62,031 bases of DNA from Candidatus Manganitrophaceae bacterium (GTDB taxonomy: Bacteria; Nitrospirota; Nitrospiria; SBBL01; JAADHI01): NCBI GenBank assembly GCA_013151935.1, contig JAADHI010000108.1:1-62031 (forward strand). Direction: 5' to 3'. Shown in pieces: positions 27,806-36,829 of this stretch. The position numbers were made by a program, and so were the translations under genes. The notes below the pieces were generated by a model, which was given only the letters and a program-made list of their open reading frames with translations, was not told the origin of the DNA and searched no databases. The stretch's first letter is position 1; each line of letters starts with the position of its first letter.

Positions 27806-28225
27806 ATGAAATCGCATCGAAAAGAACTTTGGTTTGAAATCAAAACAAGACGAGACTACATCAACATCACGGAAAAGGTACAAGCTGAAATTGATACAAG
27901 TGGTGTTCGTGAAGGGCTTTGTCTGGTCAATGCCATGCACATTACGGCATCCGTTTATATTAACGACGACGAACCTGGGTTAATCAAGGATTATGATGAT
28001 TTTTTAGAACGACTGGCCCCACACGAACCGCTTTCACTCTACCGACACAATCAAACGGGAGAAGACAACGGCGATGCTCATATTAAACGTCAATTTATGG
28101 GACGTGAAGTGGTCGTGGCGATTACAAAAGGCAAACTGGATTTTGGCCCTTGGGAGCAGATTTTTTACGCGGAATTTGATGGCCGACGCCGCAAACGGGC
28201 ATTGATCAAAATTATCGGGGAATAA
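27806..28225 (+). CDS. yjbQ: YjbQ/UPF0047 family protein (secondary thiamine-phosphate synthase-like)
   Basis: 139 aa; [15 protein letters not shown].., GDNGDAHIK.. and [14 protein letters not shown] are the family hallmarks. Confidence 0.85.
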   Translation: MKSHRKELWFEIKTRRDYINITEKVQAEIDTSGVREGLCLVNAMHITASVYINDDEPGLIKDYDDFLERLAPHEPLSLYRHNQTGEDNGDAHIKRQFMGREVVVAITKGKLDFGPWEQIFYAEFDGRRRKRALIKIIGE

Positions 28226-28227
28226 AA

Positions 28228-28270
28228 ACTGAGGGAATGAAGTGAAAATGCCTCCCTCCATTCCCTCAGT
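28228..28270. repeat. REP-like hairpin with a perfect 12-bp inverted repeat, ACTGAGGGAATG / CATTCCCTCAGT
   Basis: 19-nt loop, immediately after the yjbQ stop and about 100 nt upstream of a RAYT remnant. Confidence 0.5.
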
Positions 28271-28367
28271 AGACCGATCGCGTCGTGAATTCCACAGTAG
28301 AAAAGGTCACAGAAACAGAACGCGTAAGGTCTTGCAATCATATCCCTATATTGTTAACCTTCCTACA

Positions 28368-28575
28368 TCCTTGCGGATCGAATTTCCCGGAGCGATTTAT
28401 CATCTCACCAGCCGCAGGAGTGCCCGGCAAAAGATCTACCAGGATCATGCTGACCCGGAGACGTTTCTCATAAGCCTTTCCCATGTTGTTGATCGATACG
28501 CTTAGCGCTGTCATACTTATTGTCCTGATGGACAATCACGATCATCTTCTCATCGAAACACCCAATGAAACGGGC
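28368..28575 (+). pseudogene. REP-associated tyrosine transposase (RAYT / IS200-like Y1) remnant, frameshifted and truncated
   Basis: LRIEFPGAIYHLTSRRSARQKIYQDHADPETFLISLSHVVDRY, then in another frame ..LMDNHDHLLIETPNE. Only about 70 of the roughly 200-300 expected codons remain. Confidence 0.7.
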
Positions 28576-28651
28576 TGAAAAATTAATGTATGTTTACAAG
28601 ACCTGACCTTATTTGTACTACCATTTATATTGATAAATTTGGAGATTATTT

Positions 28652-29878
28652 ATGAAGCAGATATTTTTAATTCTAATTATTTTATTTTTTTCAGGCCTTC
28701 AAAGTGTTGCGGCAATAGAATTTACCTTTAACACATACGTCTTCGCAGACTGGGGAAACAAACAGGGACAAACATCTCTTGTTGACATAGACAAGGATGG
28801 CGATCTGGATTGGGTTGTTGGAGAAAGAGGCAATGGCAATGACAAGAAAGAAGTCTCTTGGTTTGAGTTTCAAAGCGCTGATACCTGGATACGGCACACC
28901 CTCGGTACGAATACACTGACTGATGTGGGTGGTGTCGCATTTGATATTGATGGGGATGGGTGGATTGATCAAGCATCAGGCGGCGCTTGGTACAGAAATC
29001 CTCAAACACCACTAGAAAATCCTTTTACGCGTTACACAAATGGCGCAATCAAGACACATGATAATGTCGCAGCGGACATTGATGGAGATGGAATACTTGA
29101 TTTGGTTTCTATGAATGACGACACGCTTAGATGGTATAAAATCCCAAGCGACCCGACCTCTGACTGGATCGAAACAACAGTCAGTGACAATGTTGTACAT
29201 GGTTCCTTCAGCCCACGTGGTGTCGGTGACATTGATGGAGATGGTGATAATGACATTGTGCAGACAACAGGTTGGTATAGAAATGAAGGAGATGAAGGAA
29301 ATGAAGGAGATGGATCGGCCTGGACTTTCGAAAATATAGATGGTGCGAGCGACCCAGGAGGGAGTGGTCAATTCAAAGATACAACTCGGTCTTGGATTTT
29401 TGACATCGATCTCGACGGTGATAATGATATCGTCATGGCGACAGCCGACACCCCAAGCTCTAAGGGCTGGCTCCGTTGGTTTGAAAACGAAAACGGTGAT
29501 GGCAGATCTTGGGAGTCTCATTCCATTGCAAGAGGCAAAGGGGATCTGCATTCACTCGTACTCGCAGATTTTGACAACGACGAGGATATCGATATTTTTA
29601 CTGGAGAAGGACCCATGGGTGGCTCAGGTCCGGGCGGACTTAGACGCGGTTTTATTTTTGAGAACGTCGGCGGCAAGGGAGGCGCATGGCTGGAACATAT
29701 TATTGTAGAAGGATATGAGATTCATGAAGCACAGGCAGGCGATGTTGACGGAGATGGTGACATTGACATTGTTTTTAAACCCTGGAATGGCGGTGAGCAA
29801 GTATTTTTAGAAAATGTGACCTCAAGCGGGCGAATACACACGAATCGATACTGGTGTAGATATTTCCGGTTGGACTGA
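28652..29878 (+). CDS. FG-GAP/VCBS-repeat secreted protein (5' part of a disrupted FG-GAP + DUF1080 gene)
   Basis: Signal peptide and repeated DIDGDGxxD Ca-binding FG-GAP motifs. The reading frame is lost near 29820-29835. Confidence 0.8.
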   Translation: MKQIFLILIILFFSGLQSVAAIEFTFNTYVFADWGNKQGQTSLVDIDKDGDLDWVVGERGNGNDKKEVSWFEFQSADTWIRHTLGTNTLTDVGGVAFDIDGDGWIDQASGGAWYRNPQTPLENPFTRYTNGAIKTHDNVAADIDGDGILDLVSMNDDTLRWYKIPSDPTSDWIETTVSDNVVHGSFSPRGVGDIDGDGDNDIVQTTGWYRNEGDEGNEGDGSAWTFENIDGASDPGGSGQFKDTTRSWIFDIDLDGDNDIVMATADTPSSKGWLRWFENENGDGRSWESHSIARGKGDLHSLVLADFDNDEDIDIFTGEGPMGGSGPGGLRRGFIFENVGGKGGAWLEHIIVEGYEIHEAQAGDVDGDGDIDIVFKPWNGGEQVFLENVTSSGRIHTNRYWCRYFRLD

Positions 29879-30500
29879 AGCCGGGGGGTTATGGACAATT
29901 GACACTGACTTAGGGGCCATTGTTGGAGAGCAAAACCCGCCTGGAGAGGGCATTGGAGGATTTCTTATTTCTGACGGGCAATATGGCGATTTTGAAATCA
30001 TTTTCCAGGTATGGGCTGATTGGGATGTCGATACAGGATTGATCACACGGTCAGACGGGTCTGGAAACGGATATCAAATTACAATAGACATGCAAGATAA
30101 TAGCTCCATTGCGGGCATTTACGGCCAGGGAATTGGCGGGTTTCTTGAAAGGGATTTTCGATTCGATTCTTCTGAAAGTCAAATTGTTGGCAATCCAAGC
30201 GGATTCAGTACGGATGATTGGTCTACGACGGTGTGGAATGTTAATGATTGGAATGAGATTCGTGCCACAGTGATAGGTAATCCACCGACGGTAAAAACCT
30301 GGATAAACGGTTTTACTGCCAATGAATATGTGGGCAGTGGAAATGTTCTAATGCCGCCAAGCGGATTTATCGCCCTGCAAGTACACGAAGGAAATCAATT
30401 TCCTAAGGGCAGCAAGGTTAGATTTCGAAACATTCGTGTGAAAGCCCTTACGACTGACCTTGACCCACCATCTGCGCCGACAAATTTAATGATTGAGTAG
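29820..30500 (+). pseudogene. DUF1080 (3-keto-disaccharide hydrolase / LamG-like) domain segment, out of frame with the FG-GAP part and 3'-truncated
   Basis: The frame reads GWTEAGGLWTIDTDLGAIVGEQ..GDFEIIFQVWADWDVDTGLITRS..NEIRATVIG..GFIALQVHEG..VRFRNIRVKAL. It ends at ..DPPSAPTNLMIE*. Confidence 0.7.
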
Positions 30501-30539
30501 GATGAATAAAAGAGACCGTTTGGCGGAATATTTAGTAAA

Positions 30540-31104
30540 TATTCGCATTTTACGGCTGAAGAATTAGGATGTGTTGACATTTCACTGGGGTATTGGCTCC
30601 CCCTGGTCTGTATTAAATATTTCTGGGGTGCCATAACATAAAAGTGCTTGCTCCAATACGTCCATGACCAGTGCGCTATCCATGCTATTTGAAATCTTAT
30701 GCGAGAGGACTGCTTTTGAGTGCCAGTCAATAATCGCCGCTAGGTAAGCCATTCCTCCTTTAATTTTAAGGTAGGTGATCTCTGTTTTTATTTCTTTCTG
30801 TTTTAGCTTCTCCCTATTTTTGTAGTAGAGACTGCTTCTATTCAAACCCAATAAGCTGGATTGATGGGTCAGAGACAGGTTTTAAAGCTTGGGCTCTACA
30901 TTTGCTTCTTCTCAGATAAGCCCAAGCTTTAAGGTTTTTTTTAAAAATAACTACTTTGGAATAAGGTGTCTTCAATTTTATGTCTGAATTTCTTGGGGTA
31001 TTATAAACCCGCGATTCAAGAAATCTTGTAAAACGAATCACTTGTCCTCTCTTCATCTTCTCACTCGCTTTTCCTATAGTGTTTGTCAATGTTGCAGAGA
31101 TCAA
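30540..31104 (-). mobile_element. IS3-family transposase (orfB integrase core) remnant, multiply frameshifted and truncated
   Basis: Reads LGLNRSSLYYK.., then ITYLKIKGGMAYLAAIIDWHSKAVLSHKISNSMDSALVMDVLEQALLCYGTPEIFNTDQGSQY, with the DDE core broken after the second D. Confidence 0.7.
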
Positions 31105-31164
31105 CTAAACTTTAAAAAAACATAGTAGATCTCATCGACCCATAAAAGACTTTAAAAACCTATT

Positions 31165-31842
31165 GTGATGAAAAAACGGAGTTATCAGCAATATTGCCCT
31201 CTGGCGACGGGACTTGACATCATCGGTCAGCGCTGGACTTTATTGATTGTACGTGAACTGCTCATTGCCCCCAAAAGATACAAAGCCCTACTTGAAAACC
31301 TGCCCGGTATGGGCACGAACCTGCTTGCAGAGCGATTGAAGACACTCATGAACTTGGGTGTCATTGAGCAGATCGTGCAACTTACGCCATGTGTTTCAAA
31401 GGTCTATCAACTTACTGATTTGGGACAAGAATTAGAAAAACCAGTCTTGGCCCTCACACAATGGGGATCTCAATTTCTAAAAAAAAAGCCGCCTAAGTTC
31501 TTGTTTCGTCCGGAGTGGGTATTGATCGTCATAAAAGCAGCCTTCAACCCTCAAAAAGCAGCCTACCTCAGTATTTGCTGTGAATGGCATGTGGATGGGC
31601 TGATTTTTTATATCCGAGTGGATGAGGGAAGGCTTGAGATCAAATTGGGGGCTGCAGAAAATCCCGTGGCCACGGTGAAAACAGATGGCCCAAGTTTCGC
31701 AGCGCTCGTATTAGGAGAAAGTCGCTTGAAGGATATCATCGTAAAGGGTGCTTTTAAAATCACGGGCAGTGGACTCGCCGTCGTGCGTATGATGCAAATA
31801 CTCTGCATCCAGGATTCACACACTCAATCAGAGATTGCTTAA
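31165..31842 (+). CDS. HxlR-family winged-helix regulator with a C-terminal SCP2-like domain
   Basis: CPLATGLDIIGQRWTLLIVRELL..PKRYKALLENLPGMGTNLLAERLKTL is the HxlR signature. The C-terminal ~110 aa resemble SCP2 (..GAFKITGSGLAV..). Confidence 0.8.
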   Translation: MMKKRSYQQYCPLATGLDIIGQRWTLLIVRELLIAPKRYKALLENLPGMGTNLLAERLKTLMNLGVIEQIVQLTPCVSKVYQLTDLGQELEKPVLALTQWGSQFLKKKPPKFLFRPEWVLIVIKAAFNPQKAAYLSICCEWHVDGLIFYIRVDEGRLEIKLGAAENPVATVKTDGPSFAALVLGESRLKDIIVKGAFKITGSGLAVVRMMQILCIQDSHTQSEIA

Positions 31843-33544
31843 TATGAATACCGCCTACTTGACCGACATCATCATTATGCTCACTGCCGCAGTCATCGCA
31901 GTCCCCTTTTTTCAAGCCTTGGGTCTTGGGGCTGTGCCCGGATTTCTTATCGCAGGCGTACTTGTTGGCCCTTCGGGCTTAGGTCTCATTGATAACGTTA
32001 CTGAAATCAGCCATCTTGCCGAACTCGGCGTCGTGCTCTTTCTTTTTGTGATCGGGATTGAACTCAAACCCTCACGATTGTGGCTGATGCGGCGTTTGGT
32101 TTTTGGTCTGGGAACACTGCAAGTCCTGGGAACGGGACTTTTGATTACCACCATTACTTATTTTTTATTTGATATGCCGCTGGCAGCCTCCATACTCATC
32201 GGCCCGGTGATGGCGCTTTCTTCGACGGCTTTTGTGTTGCAGTTGCTGGCAGAGCAAAAAAAAATGCACTCCGAATATGGTCGAACTGCCTTTTCCGTAC
32301 TCTTACTACAAGATCTGGCCGTTGTCCCGCTTTTGGCCTTGGTTTCTTTGTTGAGTATGCCTGAGTTGACGATTGGAGAAGAAGTCGCGCTTGCCTTAGC
32401 CCACGCCTTGGGTATTCTTGTCCTCGTCATTTTGGGCGGACGCTACTTGCTCCACCCCATTTTACACCGGGTGGCTCGCTACGGGGCACCGGAGGTTTTC
32501 ACCGCCTCTGCCGTTTTGCTGGTGCTCGGTACCGCCATTCTGACCGAACGCGTCGGCCTTTCCATGGCCATGGGCGCATTCGTCGCAGGGCTTCTGATCG
32601 CGGATTCATCCTACCGACACCAGGTTTCGGCAGAAATACAGCCTTTCCGGGGGCTGTTGTTGGGTCTTTTTTTTATGTCGATGGGTATGTCGCTCAATCT
32701 CGGTCTTTTGTTTGAACAGCCTCTGCTTTCCTTGGGGCTGACCGCAGCTTTAATGTCCATAAAAATCCTCGTGCTTTGGCCCGCGACACGACTCTTTGGA
32801 CTGCGCGGAAAAACCGATCTGGCTGTGTCGCTCCTACTTTCCCAAAGCGGCGAGTTTGCATTGGTCTTATTTGCATTGGCCCTTGAAACCGGACTGCTGT
32901 CGGAACCCGTCTTTCAACAACTGCTGCTCATCGTCCTACTCAGCATGTTGGCCACACCGCCATTGGCACGTCTGGCAGATCAAATGACCAAAAACCGTCG
33001 TTCACCGAACAAAAACACCCCAATTGAAGCCCCGCCATCCTCCCCCATCGTAATCGCTGGTTTTGGCCAGGTCGGCAGCCGTATCGGACAAATTCTCTCT
33101 ATGGCGAAGCAACCTTTTGTCGCACTTGACCTTGACTCCGAACTGGTCTCACGCGAAGGGATGAAAGGACATCCGGTTTTTTTTGGAGACGCTCAAAATC
33201 CAGAAGTGCTCAGAGCCGTGGGTGCAGGAGATACGCGCTTGGTCATTGTGACTGTAAACGACTTTGCAGCCGCCGAGCGCATCGTAAGTTCTCTGCATCA
33301 AGCACAGCCCAAACTGAATATTCTCGCACGGGGTCACAATCTGAAACAGTGCCAGGCACTCCGAAAATTAGGTGCACCCGTTGTCGTCTCAGAAAATATC
33401 GAAGCCAGTCTAAAACTTGCGCAGGCTGCGCTGAGCCGTGTTGGGGTCAAAGAAAGCGAAAATGCAGCCTTATTGGAAAAATTTCGGCAGAATTATTATG
33501 GACAAATCGAATCTGTTCTAAAAAACGAAACGCTCAAGCAGTAA
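31835..33544 (+). CDS. CPA2-family K+/H+ antiporter / K+ efflux protein (KefB/KefC-like) with an RCK/TrkA-N domain
   Basis: Polytopic N-terminal domain plus the Rossmann motif IVIAGFGQVGSRIG. The TTG start overlaps the hxlR-like stop; an ATG at 31844 is an alternative. Confidence 0.85.
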   Translation: MLNMNTAYLTDIIIMLTAAVIAVPFFQALGLGAVPGFLIAGVLVGPSGLGLIDNVTEISHLAELGVVLFLFVIGIELKPSRLWLMRRLVFGLGTLQVLGTGLLITTITYFLFDMPLAASILIGPVMALSSTAFVLQLLAEQKKMHSEYGRTAFSVLLLQDLAVVPLLALVSLLSMPELTIGEEVALALAHALGILVLVILGGRYLLHPILHRVARYGAPEVFTASAVLLVLGTAILTERVGLSMAMGAFVAGLLIADSSYRHQVSAEIQPFRGLLLGLFFMSMGMSLNLGLLFEQPLLSLGLTAALMSIKILVLWPATRLFGLRGKTDLAVSLLLSQSGEFALVLFALALETGLLSEPVFQQLLLIVLLSMLATPPLARLADQMTKNRRSPNKNTPIEAPPSSPIVIAGFGQVGSRIGQILSMAKQPFVALDLDSELVSREGMKGHPVFFGDAQNPEVLRAVGAGDTRLVIVTVNDFAAAERIVSSLHQAQPKLNILARGHNLKQCQALRKLGAPVVVSENIEASLKLAQAALSRVGVKESENAALLEKFRQNYYGQIESVLKNETLKQ

Positions 33545-33572
33545 AAATGACCGCGACAAAAAAAGGAGGAGG

Positions 33573-34499
33573 CTAAGACCGATATTGAAACACTTCTGCC
33601 GTTTTTCGAACAACCGCAGTCCCATTATTGAGGGTTCGCACAATCACACCCATCATGCAAAGACGATCAAGCCGTTTTTTAGGCGGATTTTTCCCATCTC
33701 TCCCTTTCAGATTTTGCAAAACCATCCACTGCCCGCTTGAGTCCAATTGATCAAGGATTTGAATTTCCTCTGTTTGCACCAGTTGCGTCAGCTTTTCATT
33801 CAAAGCTTTGAGTCCCACAAGACTTGTTTCACCAAAAGCCTGGGACATCAAAAAGGGATGGCCTCCCGTTTCTCGCCACACCTGAGGAAATACCGAGGAC
33901 CCCAATTTTTCAGAAATAATCTTACGGGCCTCCCGAATTGGAACCACTGAAAGTGGGTAAAAACGCAGTGGCATAAGAAAATCTTTTGAATGTTCATCCA
34001 CCCAATCGCTCCACTGAAGTCCTCCAATCCAGCAAATGGCATCAATCGCAGGCAATAACAACTCCATCGCCATGTTGAGGGTTTGAGAAATAAGCGCCGT
34101 TTGATCGGGTAAGAACCGATCACAGTCATCAATCAAAAGGATCAATTTCCGTGAATTTACTTCATCAGGGGTCTTCTCATAAATATGGTGTAGCTGAGAC
34201 ATCAATTTCATAAAAGAGTCTGGGGATTTGCGAAAGGGATTTTTTTCTTCGGGAGAAATTCCTTGTTTTAAAATCGCCTCCATCAACAAAGCCCAAAAAT
34301 CGGATGTGGTGTTCATTTCCTTGAGTGAAATCAGAATGGCGCGATTTTTTGTGTCCAGAATCTCTTCTGACAAATCATGGGCCAGCGTGGTTTTTCCAAT
34401 CATGGGACCACCGATCATGACCGCAGAACGACCAGAAAGCAGCTGTTTTTTTAGATTTTGAATCAGACCGCGCCGACTGCTGAAGGGGGAATTTAACAT
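33573..34499 (-). CDS. P-loop NTPase (AAA/STAND-like) with a C-terminal winged-helix-like domain; function unknown
   Basis: Walker A is GGPMIGKTT and Walker B is LILLIDDCD. The C-terminal segment LDRLCMMGVIVRTLNNGTAVVRKT looks like a winged helix. Confidence 0.65.
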   Translation of the reverse strand: MLNSPFSSRRGLIQNLKKQLLSGRSAVMIGGPMIGKTTLAHDLSEEILDTKNRAILISLKEMNTTSDFWALLMEAILKQGISPEEKNPFRKSPDSFMKLMSQLHHIYEKTPDEVNSRKLILLIDDCDRFLPDQTALISQTLNMAMELLLPAIDAICWIGGLQWSDWVDEHSKDFLMPLRFYPLSVVPIREARKIISEKLGSSVFPQVWRETGGHPFLMSQAFGETSLVGLKALNEKLTQLVQTEEIQILDQLDSSGQWMVLQNLKGRDGKNPPKKRLDRLCMMGVIVRTLNNGTAVVRKTAEVFQYRS

Positions 34500-34571
34500 C
34501 GGGCCACTCTAGCACAGCGCTAAAGCCTCAACAATTAAAAACCCTTCTGCCAAGTTTCTAGTTAGTGATTC

Positions 34572-34597
34572 TAAAAAATTGTGACAACAATTTTTTA
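34572..34597. promoter_or_regulatory. Perfect palindrome TAAAAAATTGT-GACA-ACAATTTTTTA in the divergent promoter region
   Basis: 11-bp arms with a 4-nt spacer. It lies 73 nt from the ATPase start and 81 nt from the small-ORF start. Confidence 0.5.
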
Positions 34598-34677
34598 TCG
34601 CAGCGTAAACCACCATTCTTCTAAAAAGTTGTTATGCTTAAAATGTTCGGCATGATTTGAATAAAAGGGGGACAATA

Positions 34678-34998
34678 ATGAGTGACGTATCCAACTTAAG
34701 ATCCACCATCAATGCATTTTATCAAGCGCAGGATCAAGCGCTGGAAAACCGCAAGACCTCTGGTGAACCGGGGGGTGACATCACACACGCTTTGTCCATC
34801 ATTAGACGCATTTTACCCCCTTTGCCGGATACAGGTCCTCTATCAGAGTGGCTGTCACAAACGATCGCAGTCCTTGAATCAGAACACCAAAATTATTGTC
34901 AACAGGAAGAAGATCTCACAGGTTGCGGCAGTGCAACTTTTGGGGAATTGCTCACACGCCTCATTTCCTTGGAACCCACACTTGCAATGACCTACTAA
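34678..34998 (+). CDS. Hypothetical 106-aa protein
   Basis: ATG behind AAGGGGG, an ORF followed by a strong terminator, and no recognisable family. Confidence 0.45.
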   Translation: MSDVSNLRSTINAFYQAQDQALENRKTSGEPGGDITHALSIIRRILPPLPDTGPLSEWLSQTIAVLESEHQNYCQQEEDLTGCGSATFGELLTRLISLEPTLAMTY

Positions 34999-35010
34999 GT
35001 ATTCTCTTAA

Positions 35011-35054
35011 AAAACACCCTAAGGCAGATTCCATTGCCTTAGGGTGTTTTTTTC
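35011..35054. terminator. Bidirectional rho-independent terminator
   Basis: 13-bp stem ACACCCTAAGGCA / TGCCTTAGGGTGT, flanked by A4 and T7 runs, between convergent genes. Confidence 0.75.
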
Positions 35055-35069
35055 TAAACAAGACCCCTG

Positions 35070-35975
35070 CTAGGCCTCATCAAAAGCTGATGAATCAAAA
35101 CGTTTAACGATCTCATGCGCGTCATTCAGTCTAAAGAGAATGTCGGCCTTCTGCGGCATAAGGGATAAACAGTTTCGAGTCACCCGTTCAAAATGCTGAA
35201 TAAAACGTTTCAAGTCGGCTTCCTGCATGAAGTGAGGAGTCTTACAAACACGTTTTTCTGCCCGTTTTCTCTCCTGCAAGAAACGCCATTCATAAACCTG
35301 CTCAAAAGAAGACAGCTGTAGTACAATGAGTAAATTCAGTCGATGGAAAAAATCGGCATAATCTGTTTCCAAAAGACCATTGACATAGCGCCGCCAGTGA
35401 CCTCCTTGATCTTCCTTTTCTTCCAGCATATTGATGGGCTGTATTAAGCTTTCGTCATTTTCAGCGGGTGCGGCAAGACACCATCCCTCCAGAAAAATAA
35501 GATCAAGGGGAGGATTGGCCTGTGACCATTGCCGAGACGGCAAACGATCATCCAGGGCCTTATCAAAACGAGGGAGAGGAACCGATTCACCTAAACCGCT
35601 CACACTCAGCGCATCCAGGGTTCGAGAGGCTAAACCCAGGTCATGTGTCCCCGGCACACCGCGTGTTTTTAGAAGCGGGTGCACTGTACTGGACAAATGC
35701 AGACGCTCTTTTTGTGTTAAATAAAAGTCGTCTAATGAAATATTGATAGACCTAAGTTCATGTTGTTCTTTAAGTATGTGTACAAGTAAAGCAGCCAAAG
35801 TTGATTTTCCACTCCCCTGCGCACCTTGAATCCCAACGACTAAAGGTTTTTTGTGGACAAGGCATGTTTTTTTGAGTGTTTCGGCCAGCGGGAAGAACCA
35901 AGTTAAAATAGTCTTCTCATAGTTTTTTGGAAGCTGTTCACATCTTATAAAACGTTTGAGGGTCTCAGAAATCAT
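35070..35975 (-). CDS. P-loop kinase of the D-glycerate 3-kinase (GLYK/Tda10)-like family
   Basis: VVGIQGAQGSGKSTLA...ISLDDFYLT...LLKTRGVPGTHDL matches the plant/cyanobacterial GLYK-type pattern. Confidence 0.55.
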   Translation of the reverse strand: MISETLKRFIRCEQLPKNYEKTILTWFFPLAETLKKTCLVHKKPLVVGIQGAQGSGKSTLAALLVHILKEQHELRSINISLDDFYLTQKERLHLSSTVHPLLKTRGVPGTHDLGLASRTLDALSVSGLGESVPLPRFDKALDDRLPSRQWSQANPPLDLIFLEGWCLAAPAENDESLIQPINMLEEKEDQGGHWRRYVNGLLETDYADFFHRLNLLIVLQLSSFEQVYEWRFLQERKRAEKRVCKTPHFMQEADLKRFIQHFERVTRNCLSLMPQKADILFRLNDAHEIVKRFDSSAFDEA

Positions 35976-36811
35976 TTGACCTCCTTGATGACACTTGGCA
36001 AAGCTTGCGAAAAATGATCTCGGTAATTGCTGATCAATTCGACATGTCCAATATGCGGCGCACTTTGTTCATCTCGGCTTTCAATTTTAAAATTGAGTGA
36101 TTTTCCCATAGATTTTGCCAAAAAATTTGCAAGATCTACACGTGAAACGACTGACTCCGCGGGCAGATGCCGAAGCCCGGTCTCACGACATTTTGCAAGT
36201 TGCATGACCCGTAAGGATAAATCATCGGCCCAAACCACTGAACGCATCTCATCTTTTATAATTGTAATGGGCAGGTTTCGTTCACTGCGATATCGCAGCC
36301 AATCCATATGTCCTGTGCGACCATTACATGAAACACCGAGGGACAAGCCGGGCCGAATAATAAGCGCACCTGCGTGTTTTTGCACCAGGGCTTCTGCTTC
36401 AACACGAGTGCGACCGTAGACACTGATGGGACAGGTCAGCGATGTTTCTGAATATCGCCCATCCCCACCAAAAACATGATCCGATGAAACATAAATCAGA
36501 CGTGTTTTTGAAGGCAAGACCTCTAGCACCCGCCTTAAATGGGAAACATTCAGTTCATAAGCCCAATCGGGATCAGCCTCACATTTGTTTACATCACAAA
36601 CGGCGTGACAGTAAATGAGGATTTCAGGGTGATGCAGTTCACATTGTCGTGCAATCCAATGCGTATTTTCTAATTGTAAGACAGACCAATCACGAAGGGA
36701 GGGGGATGTATTGCCCGGTGGCACAAAAGGCAAGATGTCATCGGAGAAAGTACGCGCAAGATGAAAGCCCAAAATACTGCTCGCACCAAAAAGAAGAATT
36801 GAAGGTTTCAT
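35972..36811 (-). CDS. NAD(P)-dependent SDR, RmlD-like (dTDP-4-dehydrorhamnose reductase family)
   Basis: ILLFGASSILG Rossmann motif and LIYVSSDHVFGG. There is a 4-nt overlap with the downstream kinase gene. Confidence 0.65.
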   Translation of the reverse strand: MKPSILLFGASSILGFHLARTFSDDILPFVPPGNTSPSLRDWSVLQLENTHWIARQCELHHPEILIYCHAVCDVNKCEADPDWAYELNVSHLRRVLEVLPSKTRLIYVSSDHVFGGDGRYSETSLTCPISVYGRTRVEAEALVQKHAGALIIRPGLSLGVSCNGRTGHMDWLRYRSERNLPITIIKDEMRSVVWADDLSLRVMQLAKCRETGLRHLPAESVVSRVDLANFLAKSMGKSLNFKIESRDEQSAPHIGHVELISNYRDHFSQALPSVIKEVK

Positions 36812-36829
36812 CGGTAATCAAAAAGACAA

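Noticed and set aside
29282-29314. A 9-nt tandem repeat, GAAGGAGAT/GAAGGAAAT x3, inside the FG-GAP gene.
   Set aside because: It simply encodes an acidic NEGDEGNEGDG linker. With only three units, there is no evidence for a contingency locus or phase-variable tract.
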